This document shows, piece after piece, positions 37,703 through 46,796 of a stretch of DNA of 64,000 bases. The notes under the pieces were generated by a model. That model did not search any database. It was not told the origin of the DNA and saw only the letters and a list, made by a program, of their open reading frames with translations. The translations under genes and the position numbers were made by a program. Numbering within the stretch: the first letter of the stretch is position 1; the number at the start of each line of letters is the position of its first letter. The stretch is from NCBI GenBank assembly GCA_018813295.1, contig JAHJBZ010000033.1, forward strand, positions 7,422-71,421, read 5' to 3'. This DNA comes from Patescibacteria group bacterium (GTDB taxonomy: Bacteria > Patescibacteriota > Gracilibacteria > UM-FILTER-43-11).

Positions 37703-38353
37703 ATGAAAAAATTTCTCTCTATTTTAACCGTGTTCTCTTTCTTCTTGCTCGCAGGCTGCACAGCAAGCGAACAGGCAGAAATTGGCAAAGTTTATCAGGG
37801 TTCACCTGAAGTATTTAACGCTAACAAAGACGTCATTATGGAAGATTTCGACCAAAGCGCTATGCCCGAGGAGGGTGAGCAAATTGTTGTTATGGAAACA
37901 ACAAAAGGAACTATTAAAATTAAATTATTCCCGGAACTTGCGCCGAAAACCGTTGAAAATTTTATCGGTTTAATTGATAAGGAATATTATGATGGGATTA
38001 TTTTCCATCGTGTAATACCTGATTTTATGATTCAGGGTGGTGACCCATTGGGTACTGGAACTGGTGGTGAAAGCCTGTGGGGCGGAAAATTTGAAGATGA
38101 ATTTAATCCAAATTTACATAATATTTACGGAGCGCTAAGCATGGCAAATGCAGGGCCAAATACAAATGGTAGCCAATTCTTCATCGTTCAAAAAGAAGAT
38201 GGAACTTCATGGCTAGACAACCACCACACTGTTTTTGGGCAGGTGTTTGAGGGAATGGACATTGTAAATGAAATTGCAAATGTTGAACGAGATGGGGCCG
38301 ATAAACCGTTGGAGGATGTTGTGATGGAGAAGGTGACAGTGGAGACGTATTAA
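37703..38353 (+). CDS. Cyclophilin-type peptidyl-prolyl isomerase (lipoprotein)
   Basis: LLAGC lipobox; [31 protein letters not shown]. Confidence 0.95.
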   Translation: MKKFLSILTVFSFFLLAGCTASEQAEIGKVYQGSPEVFNANKDVIMEDFDQSAMPEEGEQIVVMETTKGTIKIKLFPELAPKTVENFIGLIDKEYYDGIIFHRVIPDFMIQGGDPLGTGTGGESLWGGKFEDEFNPNLHNIYGALSMANAGPNTNGSQFFIVQKEDGTSWLDNHHTVFGQVFEGMDIVNEIANVERDGADKPLEDVVMEKVTVETY

Positions 38354-38502
38354 TTGTCTGAACCGCTGATTTATCGGATTAAAATGATTACGCAGATTTT
38401 GATTTCGCTGATTTTTTTTGATTAAAATATTGCAAATTATCAATCTGTGTAATCAAAATCAGTGAAATCCGAAAAATCAGCGTGAATCAGCGGTTCAGAC
38501 AA
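38354..38502. mobile_element. TTGTCTGAAC MITE-like element copy 4, directly after a TAA stop
   Basis: Perfect 18-bp TIR TTGTCTGAACCGCTGATT/AATCAGCGGTTCAGACAA. Confidence 0.8.
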
Positions 38503-38547
38503 TTGGTTTTTTCATGTATATTTATTACCGACAAATAATTAATTAAC

Positions 38548-40020
38548 ATGGTTCGTGTTCGCATCGCCCCATCACCGACAGGCTTGTTACATATTGGCAC
38601 CGTAAGGACCGCGCTTTATAACTATCTTTTTGCCAAACATGAGGGTGGGACGATGATTTTGAGAATTGAGGATACGGATAAGGAACGTAGCACTAAAGAA
38701 TATGAAAAGGATATTATCGATGGTTTGGTGAAATTGGGAATTGCCGGAGATGAAGGCGTGCATATACCTGGTGATAAGGGGTATAGGCAGAGCGAAAGGA
38801 CTGAGGCGTACACAAGTGATCTCAAAAAATTATTGGAGGAAGACAAAGCTTATTATTGTTTTTGCAGTAAGGAGAGATTGGAAAAAATGAGGGAAGATCA
38901 GACGGCTAAAAAGCTGCCGCCAAGGTATGATGGATGTTGTGCGGGGCTTGATCCGGCTGAAAGTAGGAAGAAGGTTGATGGTGGGGAGAAAGCGGTTATC
39001 AGACTTCGCATTCCGCAGGATAAAGAGATTAAATTTGATGATGTGATTCGTGGTGAAACGGTTTTTCACTCAAGGGAGCTTGATGATTTTGTAATTGCAA
39101 GGGCGATTGACGATCCACTCTATAATTTGACTGTGGTTTCGGATGATCATGATATGAAAATCACTCATGTTATTCGCGGTGAGGATCATATCAGCAATAC
39201 GCCAAAGCAGATTTTGATTTTTGAGGCGCTTGGGTGGGATTATCCCAAGTATGCTCATCTGCCGTTGATATTGAATGAGGATAAGAGCAAATTGAGCAAA
39301 AGGAAGAATAAAGTTTCAATTGATGACTATTTGAATGAGGGATATTTGCCGGAAGCACTTCTAAACTTCCTCGCACTGCTTGGCTGGAACACGCCGGATG
39401 AGCAGGAGATATTTAGTATGGAGGAATTGATTGAAAAATTTACATTGGACAGAGTTCACAAGGGTGGAGCGGTATTTGATATTAAGAAATTGGATTGGAT
39501 TAATGGTGAATACGTTAAAAAAGCTATTAAAGATGATGTGGATGGATTTTATGAAACGGTTTTGCCGTTTATCGACGGAAAGATTCCGACTGATGATCCC
39601 GATTTGATTAAAAAGATTTTAAGTGATCCTGATTTTGAGGGCAGATTTAAAAAGTTATCGGAGATTCCGGAAGAACTGGCTCCACTGTTTGGTGAAATGC
39701 CGGATTATCCGCTTGAACTGCTAGCCAGGGAGAAATTTCAGATCACACCTGAGATGCTAAAGACTGTTTTACCAAAAGCAAAAGAGGTTTTGGGGGCAGT
39801 GGACTGGGAGAGGGGTGACAGCAGTAAATCACAAGAGATTTCGGACAAGCTGGTGGGCATTGTTGGGGAACTTGGACTTAAAAATGGACAGGTCTTATGG
39901 CCAATTCGCGTTGCGTTATCCGGTTTGGAGAGGTCTCCGAATTTTGCGACGTTAGCTGTTTATCTTGGGAAAGAGGAATGTGCAAGAAGACTGGACATTG
40001 CCTTAGAAAAAGTTGTATAA
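38548..40020 (+). CDS. gltX: Glutamate--tRNA ligase
   Basis: RIAPSPTG.LHIG, RIEDTD, IRGEDH, KLSKR. Confidence 0.97.
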   Translation: MVRVRIAPSPTGLLHIGTVRTALYNYLFAKHEGGTMILRIEDTDKERSTKEYEKDIIDGLVKLGIAGDEGVHIPGDKGYRQSERTEAYTSDLKKLLEEDKAYYCFCSKERLEKMREDQTAKKLPPRYDGCCAGLDPAESRKKVDGGEKAVIRLRIPQDKEIKFDDVIRGETVFHSRELDDFVIARAIDDPLYNLTVVSDDHDMKITHVIRGEDHISNTPKQILIFEALGWDYPKYAHLPLILNEDKSKLSKRKNKVSIDDYLNEGYLPEALLNFLALLGWNTPDEQEIFSMEELIEKFTLDRVHKGGAVFDIKKLDWINGEYVKKAIKDDVDGFYETVLPFIDGKIPTDDPDLIKKILSDPDFEGRFKKLSEIPEELAPLFGEMPDYPLELLAREKFQITPEMLKTVLPKAKEVLGAVDWERGDSSKSQEISDKLVGIVGELGLKNGQVLWPIRVALSGLERSPNFATLAVYLGKEECARRLDIALEKVV

Positions 40021-40030
40021 TCATCACCAC

Positions 40031-40117
40031 ATACTGCTGGCTCAATGTTTTACGTGGGGTCAGCAGTGTCCGTAATTCAGTCTTCGCTGACTCCAGGTAT
40101 AACCATGGAGCCAGCGA
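40031..40117 (+). other. Tandem related hairpins between gltX and murB
   Basis: ATACTGCTGGCTC...GGGTCAGCAGTGT and TCGCTGACTCCA...TGGAGCCAGCGA. Confidence 0.6.
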
Positions 40118-40140
40118 TCAGCTCACAAAAATTGTATAAT

Positions 40141-41040
40141 ATGAAAGGAATGGAGATAAAAGTTGAAAAAAACGTAGATTTAAACCAATTCACCACTTAC
40201 CACACTGGTGGTCCTGCTAAATTTTTTGCACGAGTGCAAAACTGGCAACAGATGTTGGGACTTCGTGAATTTGCAAGAGTGAACAAGATCCCATATTTGA
40301 TTTTGGGTGGTGGTAGCAATATTTTGTTTGCAGATGAAGGGTATCCGGGGTTGGTTATTATGAACCAAATGGATAAGGTTCGCATTCACCAACACACCAT
40401 TACCGCAGAAAGCGCAGTTAACTTGATGAAATTAGTTGTGATTGCTGCAAAAAATAATTTAGGCGGAATTTCCGGTCTTGCTAATGTGCCGGGAAGTGTT
40501 GGCGGTGCTGTTTATGGTAATGCTGGTGTATCGGATGTTTGTATCAGTGATGTATTTATGCATGCTGAGATACTCCCGACAAATGGAAATAAGCCGATTA
40601 TTGTTGGTCAGGACTATTGCCAGTTTGGGTATAGAACAAGCCGTTTTAAAGAGACAAAAGACATTATTCTTTCAGCTACATTAAAACTGCAGCCAGCACC
40701 AGCGCCATTAATTCAGTCTCAGGTTAGTGCATATGTTAAACAAAGGACTTTAAAACAACCGGTTGGAATGTCCTGCGGAAGCTTCTTTAAAAATCCAGGT
40801 GAATTTCCATCAGCCGGGTGGTTAATTGAGCAGAGTGGATGTAAGGGGATGAAGGTTGGAGGTGCACAAGTCTCTGAAAAACACGCCAATTTTATTTTAA
40901 ATACAGGTACGGCAACAAGCTCTGATATTGTGAATCTTGCACTTAAGGTTCATAAAAAAGTGGAGGAGAAGTATAGTGTTAAACTCGAGCCGGAAGTGCA
41001 GATTTTGCCGGGCAGCCCTTTTAAAAACTTGAAAACTTGA
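40141..41040 (+). CDS. murB: UDP-N-acetylenolpyruvoylglucosamine reductase
   Basis: GGGSNIL, PGSVGGAVYGNAG, CGSFFKNP, SEKHANFI, LEPEV; start 40141 or 40150. Confidence 0.95.
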   Translation: MKGMEIKVEKNVDLNQFTTYHTGGPAKFFARVQNWQQMLGLREFARVNKIPYLILGGGSNILFADEGYPGLVIMNQMDKVRIHQHTITAESAVNLMKLVVIAAKNNLGGISGLANVPGSVGGAVYGNAGVSDVCISDVFMHAEILPTNGNKPIIVGQDYCQFGYRTSRFKETKDIILSATLKLQPAPAPLIQSQVSAYVKQRTLKQPVGMSCGSFFKNPGEFPSAGWLIEQSGCKGMKVGGAQVSEKHANFILNTGTATSSDIVNLALKVHKKVEEKYSVKLEPEVQILPGSPFKNLKT

Positions 41041-41080
41041 AAATTATTTTTCAAATTTTTAGATTTTCAGATTTTCATTT
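41024..41080. repeat. 8-nt periodic inverted hairpin (TGAAAA/TTTTCA)
   Basis: aaaacttg aaaacttg aaaatt / ttttcaaa tttttaga ttttcaga ttttcat; similar at 53105-53165. Confidence 0.7.
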
Positions 41081-41109
41081 AAAATAAAACAAATAACAAC
41101 ATTAAAGTT

Positions 41110-41880
41110 ATGGAAAGAAAAATAAATTCACACAAAGGCGATAATGGTAAAGTAATGGTGGTTGGGGGTAGCAAAATGTTCCACGGCGCTCCGATTCTTT
41201 GCTCTCTTGGAGCTGAATATAGTGGTGTGGACTTGGTTTTTCCGTTTATTCCACCCATCCAAGCAGAGGCGGCAAAAACATACTCGCTTAATTTCATTAT
41301 TCAGACTTTTGAGGGAAATGTTTTGACGAATAAGGATGTAAAATCGATTTTAAATTTCAGCAGAAATGTTGATGTGGTTGTTGTGGGTCCAGGTTTGGGG
41401 ACGGACCCAAAGACCAAAACCGCGGTAAAGAATTTATTGAGTCATTTAAATGTGCCGACAGTAGTTGATGCAAGTGCATTGCTTTATACGAATTCGCTTC
41501 CAAAATCCGTAACACTTACACCACATAGAGGTGAGTTTAGGGAGCTGACGGGTGATGATCCTACTCCTGACAATGTGCAAAAATGGGCAAAAAACCTAAA
41601 TGCGACTATTGTTTGTAAAGGACCTGAGGATATTATTGCGGACAGAGACGAACTCGCGATTAATGATACCGGTAATGCCATGATGACCGTTGGCGGAACA
41701 GGTGATGTGCTTAGCGGGCTTATTGGAGGACTGATTGCTCAAGGCATGACACCTTTTGATGCTGGACAATATGCAACTAAAATTTTAGGCAAAGCTGCAG
41801 AAAATCTGGCAGATATTCAAAGCAGTATCCGTGCGATTGACTTAGCGCGTAGTATCCCTGGTATGATGTTTAATAACTAG
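41110..41880 (+). CDS. nnrD: ADP-dependent NAD(P)H-hydrate dehydratase
   Basis: HKGDNGKVMVVGGS, GPGLG, LTPHRGEF, GGTGDVLSG. Confidence 0.92.
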   Translation: MERKINSHKGDNGKVMVVGGSKMFHGAPILCSLGAEYSGVDLVFPFIPPIQAEAAKTYSLNFIIQTFEGNVLTNKDVKSILNFSRNVDVVVVGPGLGTDPKTKTAVKNLLSHLNVPTVVDASALLYTNSLPKSVTLTPHRGEFRELTGDDPTPDNVQKWAKNLNATIVCKGPEDIIADRDELAINDTGNAMMTVGGTGDVLSGLIGGLIAQGMTPFDAGQYATKILGKAAENLADIQSSIRAIDLARSIPGMMFNN

Positions 41881-41887
41881 CTAGCGC

Positions 41888-42001
41888 TGTAGACCTACTT
41901 CGTGTGAACCTGCCTTTGGCGTGGACCTACTTCGTGTGGATTCCACAGGCGTTAGCCTAGGTCAACGCGAAGCTGGTCCACGGGTGTAGCCCAGGTCCAC
42001 A
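41888..42001. repeat. GC-rich periodic inverted hairpin (GTGGACCT/AGGTCCAC)
   Basis: gtagacctacttcgt gtgaacct...gtggacctacttcgt gtgga / tccac aggtcaac ggtccac aggtccac. Confidence 0.7.
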
Positions 42002-42021
42002 TGAAATAGTTAAAATAAAAT

Positions 42022-42282
42022 ATGGAATTCCTCGCTTTCTTCTTAATCAATGTAATTCGAATAATAAAGTACGCGATTTTGGTGCGTATTTTAATGTCCT
42101 GGATACAGACTAATTCTCATGGACAGTTTTATAGGACAATTTATGAAATAACCGAACCGGTGCTCAGAATATTCCGCAGTATTTTGCCGCGTACGGGAAT
42201 GATTGATTTTTCACCAATTCTTGCCTTTTTTGCGCTGGACTTTTTGCAGATTGGGATAGTGAGTTTGTTTGCGGATCTTTGA
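42022..42282 (+). CDS. yggT: YggT family membrane protein
   Basis: RILMSW, ITEPVL, GMIDFSPI. Confidence 0.92.
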   Translation: MEFLAFFLINVIRIIKYAILVRILMSWIQTNSHGQFYRTIYEITEPVLRIFRSILPRTGMIDFSPILAFFALDFLQIGIVSLFADL

Positions 42283-42341
42283 GGTTGTGAGGTTGCTTAT
42301 GGCAGGAAGATTCTTAAATGACTTTTAATTTTTAGAAATTT

Positions 42342-42815
42342 TTACCTTAAAGTTTGGCCAATTTTATTACGAGCCTCAAATTGTCTTCTGTTTTCTTCAA
42401 CTTGTGAAAAAATCCCTTTCGCATATTCATTGCCTGCAACTGCATTTCTTACGTTTTGTTCAAATTCTTCGTCCCAATGTGAGTCTGGAGCGTTTGGAAA
42501 AACAGTGCTTCTGTCCTCTGTCTCAACAGTAATCGTACTCCCTCTAACAATAAGATCAAAATCTCCTGCTTCTATTGCAGGTAGTATTTTATTTTGTATT
42601 TCTTCAATTTGATGGAAGTCTGCATCTGAATGCATTCTCATCATTTTTTCATCCTTTTTTTCATCACCTGAAGATACTGTCATGCCAGCACGTCTCTTTA
42701 CAAGTTTAGCAAATTCTTCGACAATGACTTTTCCTAGTTGGATTTTTTCAGCTAATTCTTTTTGTTCATTATCTTCTGAAATTCCGGGAGCGTTCTTACC
42801 TTGAGGGCTATTCAT
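42342..42815 (-). CDS. Hypothetical orphan protein
   Basis: 157-aa ORF with own consensus promoter. Confidence 0.65.
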   Translation of the reverse strand: MNSPQGKNAPGISEDNEQKELAEKIQLGKVIVEEFAKLVKRRAGMTVSSGDEKKDEKMMRMHSDADFHQIEEIQNKILPAIEAGDFDLIVRGSTITVETEDRSTVFPNAPDSHWDEEFEQNVRNAVAGNEYAKGIFSQVEENRRQFEARNKIGQTLR

Positions 42816-42846
42816 AATATAAAAAGTTAGAAAATATTACATTAAT

Positions 42847-42875
42847 AGTATATCAAATAATTATATTTATGTCAA
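42847..42875 (-). promoter_or_regulatory. Consensus sigma70 promoter of the orphan gene
   Basis: TTGACA-17-TATACT with extended TG. Confidence 0.7.
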
Positions 42876-42881
42876 GTGTTT

Positions 42882-42974
42882 CGCACGGGAATGATTGATT
42901 TTTCGCCAATTCTTGCTTTTTTTGCATTGGATTTTTTGCAGATTGGAATAGTGAGCCTGTTCGACACGATATAA
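42882..42974 (+). pseudogene. yggT: Duplicated 3' remnant of yggT
   Basis: Encodes RTGMIDFSPILAFFALDFLQIGIVSLF, identical to 42190-42270, then DTI*. Confidence 0.9.
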
Positions 42975-43038
42975 CGAAACAACGAGGCAACGATATAACT
43001 ATGTTATTTCGTCGTTTCGTCGTTTCGTTGTCTCGTCA
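42961..43038. repeat. 8-nt periodic inverted hairpin (ACGAAACA family, both arms)
   Basis: acgatata acgaaaca acgaggca acgatata ac / gttatttc gtcgtttc gtcgtttc gttgtctc gtc. Confidence 0.85.
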
Positions 43039-43075
43039 CTATGCGAGTCGATATTCCCTTTTTTAAAATAAAAAC

Positions 43076-43104
43076 TTGACTTTTAAAGTGAACTTTTCTA
43101 AAAT
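43076..43104 (+). promoter_or_regulatory. Putative infC-rpmI-rplT promoter
   Basis: TTGACT-17-TAAAAT. Confidence 0.65.
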
Positions 43105-43139
43105 CAATGGGCTTTGATTTATAGATTAACTTTTTCCAT

Positions 43140-43643
43140 ATAACTAAGCGCTTACGTACTAATCAGGGTATCCGAGTTCCTAAGGTTTTATTAGTTGATG
43201 GGGATTCAGCCGAGGAAGTCACAACCGAAGAGGCATTAAGCCGTGCCCGAGAAAAAGGTCTGGATTTAGTTGAGGTTTCACCATTAAGTTCACCACCGGT
43301 TTGTAAGATTATAGACTATGGTACGTATCTCTACAGCCAAAAGAAGAAAGAGCAAAAGCAAAAACGTGCAACAAAGCAAACTGAAACAAAAACTATTCGC
43401 TTAAGCATTCGCACCGAAAGTCACGACTTGGATGTGAAAGCTAAAAAAGCTCGCAAATTCCTTGAAGATAGGAATACTGTGAAAGTTGTTGTTATCTTTA
43501 GGGGGCGTGAAATGGCTCATGGAGATCTGGCTGAATCAAAAATGAATGAATTCTTTAAGCTGCTAGAGGACATTGCCAACATTGAACAACAGCCTAAAAG
43601 GCAAGGATATCAGATGACCATGATACTTAATCCGCTTAAATAA
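43140..43643 (+). CDS. infC: Translation initiation factor IF-3 (non-canonical ATA start; ATT at 43125 is an alternative)
   Basis: Frame extends upstream of 43428: RTNQGIR...GLDLVEVSP..PPVCKIIDYG; C-domain FRGREMAH. Confidence 0.93.
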   Translation: MTKRLRTNQGIRVPKVLLVDGDSAEEVTTEEALSRAREKGLDLVEVSPLSSPPVCKIIDYGTYLYSQKKKEQKQKRATKQTETKTIRLSIRTESHDLDVKAKKARKFLEDRNTVKVVVIFRGREMAHGDLAESKMNEFFKLLEDIANIEQQPKRQGYQMTMILNPLK

Positions 43644-43645
43644 CA

Positions 43646-43727
43646 TTTGACAATTGACAATTGACTCCCGCTAAGCGGGATCAAATGTCACATGTCAAAT
43701 GTGAAAAATTTTATCTCGTAAAATTTT
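43646..43727. repeat. 82-bp composite hairpin before rpmI
   Basis: 7-mer TTGACAA arms around CCCGCTAAGCGGG, then AAAATTTTAT-CTC-GTAAAATTTT; 4 mismatches to 43954-44035. Confidence 0.9.
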
Positions 43728-43733
43728 TATAAA

Positions 43734-43943
43734 ATGCCCGGAAAAGCCAGACCAGGAAAAATTAGAACTTCAAGCAGTGCTAAAAAGCGCATTAGAAGAA
43801 CAGGAAAAGATACTTTTGTTCATGAAAAAGCTGCTCATAATCACCTGTTGCAACAGAAATCCAAGAGGCAAAAACGCCTTGCTTCCAAAGTTTTGAAAGT
43901 AAATGCTTATAAAAAAACTTTGAAGAGATTATTACCTAACTAA
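43734..43943 (+). CDS. rpmI: 50S ribosomal protein L35
   Basis: KIRTSSSAKKRIRRTG, HNHLL..KSKRQKR; position between infC and rplT. Confidence 0.93.
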   Translation: MPGKARPGKIRTSSSAKKRIRRTGKDTFVHEKAAHNHLLQQKSKRQKRLASKVLKVNAYKKTLKRLLPN

Positions 43944-43953
43944 TAAAATAACT

Positions 43954-44035
43954 TTTGACCATTGACACTTGACTCCCGCTAAGCGGGATCAAATGTCACG
44001 TGTCAAATGTGAAAAATTTTATCTCATAAAATTTT
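43954..44035. repeat. Second copy of the 82-bp composite hairpin, before rplT
   Basis: Direct repeat of 43646-43727. Confidence 0.9.
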
Positions 44036-44040
44036 GAAAG

Positions 44041-44595
44041 ATGTCTAGAGTCAAGAGAGGAGTTACCACGCATCGTCGTCATAAAAAAATCTTGCAGATG
44101 GCCAAGGGGTTCCGCGGTAAACGTAAAAATGTTTTTAAATTAGCCAAAAACGCTGTTATGAAAGCTGGAACTAATGCTTATCGCGATAGGCGTTTAAAGA
44201 AAAGAACTTTTCATCAATTGTGGGTTCTTCGTATTAATGCGGCATGTCGTGAACATGATATGAAGTATAGTCGATTTATTTACGCTTTGGAACTTGCTGG
44301 AATTCAAATTAATCGCAAAATGCTTGCTGAACTTGCGGTTAATAATCCAGATGTGTTTAAGGAAATTGTCGATGCCGCTAAAGCAGCTCTTCCACCGGAA
44401 GGCCAAGCTCCTGATTTGAATGAATTAAAAAAGAAATTTGGCAAAGCCACAAAACCTAAGCCAAAAATGCCGGAAGAAAGCCCTTATGTGAAAAAGGTTG
44501 AGAATGGAGAAAATAAGGAAAAGGAAGAGAAAACTGAGAAAGCTGAGATAAAACCTACTCCTAAAAAGGCTGCTAAGAAAAAGGAAGAGAAATAA
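44041..44595 (+). CDS. rplT: 50S ribosomal protein L20 with long Lys/Glu/Pro-rich C-terminal extension
   Basis: [35 protein letters not shown]. Confidence 0.97.
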   Translation: MSRVKRGVTTHRRHKKILQMAKGFRGKRKNVFKLAKNAVMKAGTNAYRDRRLKKRTFHQLWVLRINAACREHDMKYSRFIYALELAGIQINRKMLAELAVNNPDVFKEIVDAAKAALPPEGQAPDLNELKKKFGKATKPKPKMPEESPYVKKVENGENKEKEEKTEKAEIKPTPKKAAKKKEEK

Positions 44596-44670
44596 TTTTT
44601 CAATTTTCAGTTTTCATTTTTCATTGTTACTGACGACTGACTTCCTTTTAAGTGTAAAATGAAAAATTAA
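44594..44670. repeat. 7-nt periodic arms (TTTTCA/TGAAAA)
   Basis: ttttcaa ttttcag ttttcat ttttcat / tgtaaaa tgaaaaa. Confidence 0.6.
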
Positions 44671-44675
44671 GGAGC

Positions 44676-45593
44676 TTACTCCGCCAACCACCTCTCAACA
44701 TCAATCGCTGCCGCACAACCCATTCCTGCAGCGGTTATTGCCTGACGGTAACGGTGGTCTACCACATCACCAGCGGCAAATACACCAGGAATTGATGTCA
44801 TGGTGTTTTCTTTGTGTAAAATAAATCCAACTTTATCTAATTCAATTTGGTCTCTGAATAAATCAGTAGCAGGAATATGACCGATAGCCAAGAACATTCC
44901 GTCGACTGTTATTTCGGATGTTTCGTCTGTTTTGGTGTCTTTAAGGCGTAAACCTGTTACGTTATTTTCGCCAAGCACTTCGTCGACAGCTTTATTTGTA
45001 AGAATTTCAATTTTTTCATTTGCTTTAACGCGTTCCTCCATAATTTTGGATGAACGGAATTCTTCGCGGCGATGGATGAGATAAACTTTTGTAGCGAATT
45101 TTGTCAGAAAGCCTGCTTCTTCCATTGCGCTATCTCCTCCTCCAAGTACTGCGACTACTTTATCTTTAAAAAAGAAACCATCACAAGTGGCACATGCGGA
45201 AACTCCTTTTGCCCATAAGCGGTCTTCGGAAGGTAGGCCTAGGCGGCGTGGTTTTGCACCAGTGGCAATTATTACCGCTTTGGACTGATATTCCTCATCG
45301 CCTGTATAAACTTTAAATGGACGGCTGGAGAAATCGACTTTTGTAATGTCTTTTGAAATGTATTTAGTTCCAAATCTTTCGGCCTGGGCTTTCATTTCTG
45401 TCATTAGCTGTTGTCCATATATTCCTTTGCTGAATCCTGGGAAATTTTCAACTTCTGTTGTAATAGTAAGCTGCCCTCCTGGCTGCCAACCTTCAAAGAC
45501 CAGTGTTTTTAATTCAGCACGGCTGGTGTAAACAGCTGCAGTGTGACCTGCAGGACCAGAACCGATAATAATTACGTCGTATATGTTGTCCAT
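44676..45593 (-). CDS. trxB: Thioredoxin reductase
   Basis: IIGSGPAG, CATCDG, GGGDSAMEEA, FAAGDV. Confidence 0.97.
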   Translation of the reverse strand: MDNIYDVIIIGSGPAGHTAAVYTSRAELKTLVFEGWQPGGQLTITTEVENFPGFSKGIYGQQLMTEMKAQAERFGTKYISKDITKVDFSSRPFKVYTGDEEYQSKAVIIATGAKPRRLGLPSEDRLWAKGVSACATCDGFFFKDKVVAVLGGGDSAMEEAGFLTKFATKVYLIHRREEFRSSKIMEERVKANEKIEILTNKAVDEVLGENNVTGLRLKDTKTDETSEITVDGMFLAIGHIPATDLFRDQIELDKVGFILHKENTMTSIPGVFAAGDVVDHRYRQAITAAGMGCAAAIDVERWLAE

Positions 45594-45654
45594 TTTGTTT
45601 TCAATTTAAAAAATTACCTTAAACATTATAGCAGAAATCTGTTAAATTTATGTT

Positions 45655-46734
45655 ATGAAGATTGCACTTGTTCACGAAATGCTTACAAAACTTGGCGGTG
45701 CTGAACGTGTTTTAAGAACGCTGAGTGATATGTATCCAAAAAGTCCTATTTATACGCTTCTTCATGATGCTGAAAAAACCGAAGATTGGTTTGGCGATAA
45801 AACAATTCATCCTTCTTATTTGCAGACTTATTATAGATGGCTTAAAAGTCCAAAATGGCTGCTTTCTAAAATGCCAAAGGCCATTGAGCAGTTTGATTTT
45901 AGTGATTATGACGTTGTTATTTCCAGTAGTTCTGCATTCGCGCATGGTATAAAAACGAATAAAAAGACCAAGCACATCTGCTATTGCCATTCGCCAATGA
46001 GGTATGCGTGGGATTATACGCATGAGTACACAAAAAATTATTCCGGTGTGATGAAATTTTTAATAGCTAATCTATTAAAACAGATCAGAATTTGGGATTT
46101 TAAAGCTGCCAGTAATCCGGATTTGATTGTCGCGAATTCAAAACACGTACAAAAGCGAATTGAGAAGTATTGGCGGAAGAAATCTACCGTTATTTATCCT
46201 CCGGTTGAGGTTGGGAAGTTTAAGCCGACGGCTGACTGTGAAGATTACTTTTTAATTGTATCCGCTCTTACACCGTTTAAGAAAATTGATTTGGCAGTGC
46301 ATGCTTTTAACAAGTTGAAGAGGAGGCTTGTAATTATTGGGGATGGGGCGCAACGAAAATCACTTGAATCAATTGCAAATGATAATATTGAGTTTTTGGG
46401 CTATAAACCGGACTCGGTTGTACGTGAATATATGCAAAATTGCCGCGCATTTATCTTTCCGGGGGAGGAGGATTTTGGTATTACGCCTGCTGAGGCTATG
46501 GCAGCTGGTAAGCCGGTACTGGCTTATGGGATAGGTGGTGTTACAGAGAGTGTACAGGAGGGGGTTAGCGGTGAGTTTTTTCACAAATTGACATCGGAGT
46601 CGCTTATCGAAGGTTTAACGAGATTGATGATGAATGAGAAGCGTTATGACTACAAAAAAATCAGGCAGATTGCTGAAAAGTTCGATGAAAGTGTTTTTGA
46701 GGAGAAGATTAAGAAGGTAGTGGAGAATAAATAA
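45655..46734 (+). CDS. Glycosyltransferase family 4
   Basis: GGAERVL, YCHSPMRYAW, EEDFGITPAEAMAAGKPV. Confidence 0.92.
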   Translation: MKIALVHEMLTKLGGAERVLRTLSDMYPKSPIYTLLHDAEKTEDWFGDKTIHPSYLQTYYRWLKSPKWLLSKMPKAIEQFDFSDYDVVISSSSAFAHGIKTNKKTKHICYCHSPMRYAWDYTHEYTKNYSGVMKFLIANLLKQIRIWDFKAASNPDLIVANSKHVQKRIEKYWRKKSTVIYPPVEVGKFKPTADCEDYFLIVSALTPFKKIDLAVHAFNKLKRRLVIIGDGAQRKSLESIANDNIEFLGYKPDSVVREYMQNCRAFIFPGEEDFGITPAEAMAAGKPVLAYGIGGVTESVQEGVSGEFFHKLTSESLIEGLTRLMMNEKRYDYKKIRQIAEKFDESVFEEKIKKVVENK

Positions 46735-46744
46735 ACAAAAAATC

Positions 46745-46796
46745 CTTAAGAATTAAGCGTTAAGGAATAAGCTTAGAACTTAAAACTTGCAGCTTA
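46745..46796. repeat. 7-nt periodic inverted hairpin (TAAG/CTTA family)
   Basis: ttaagaa ttaagcg ttaagga ataag / cttagaa cttaaaa cttgcag ctta. Confidence 0.75.

Noticed and set aside
42190-42962. yggT repeat pair as DGR template/variable repeats
   Set aside because: The differences are synonymous transitions, not adenine-specific substitutions
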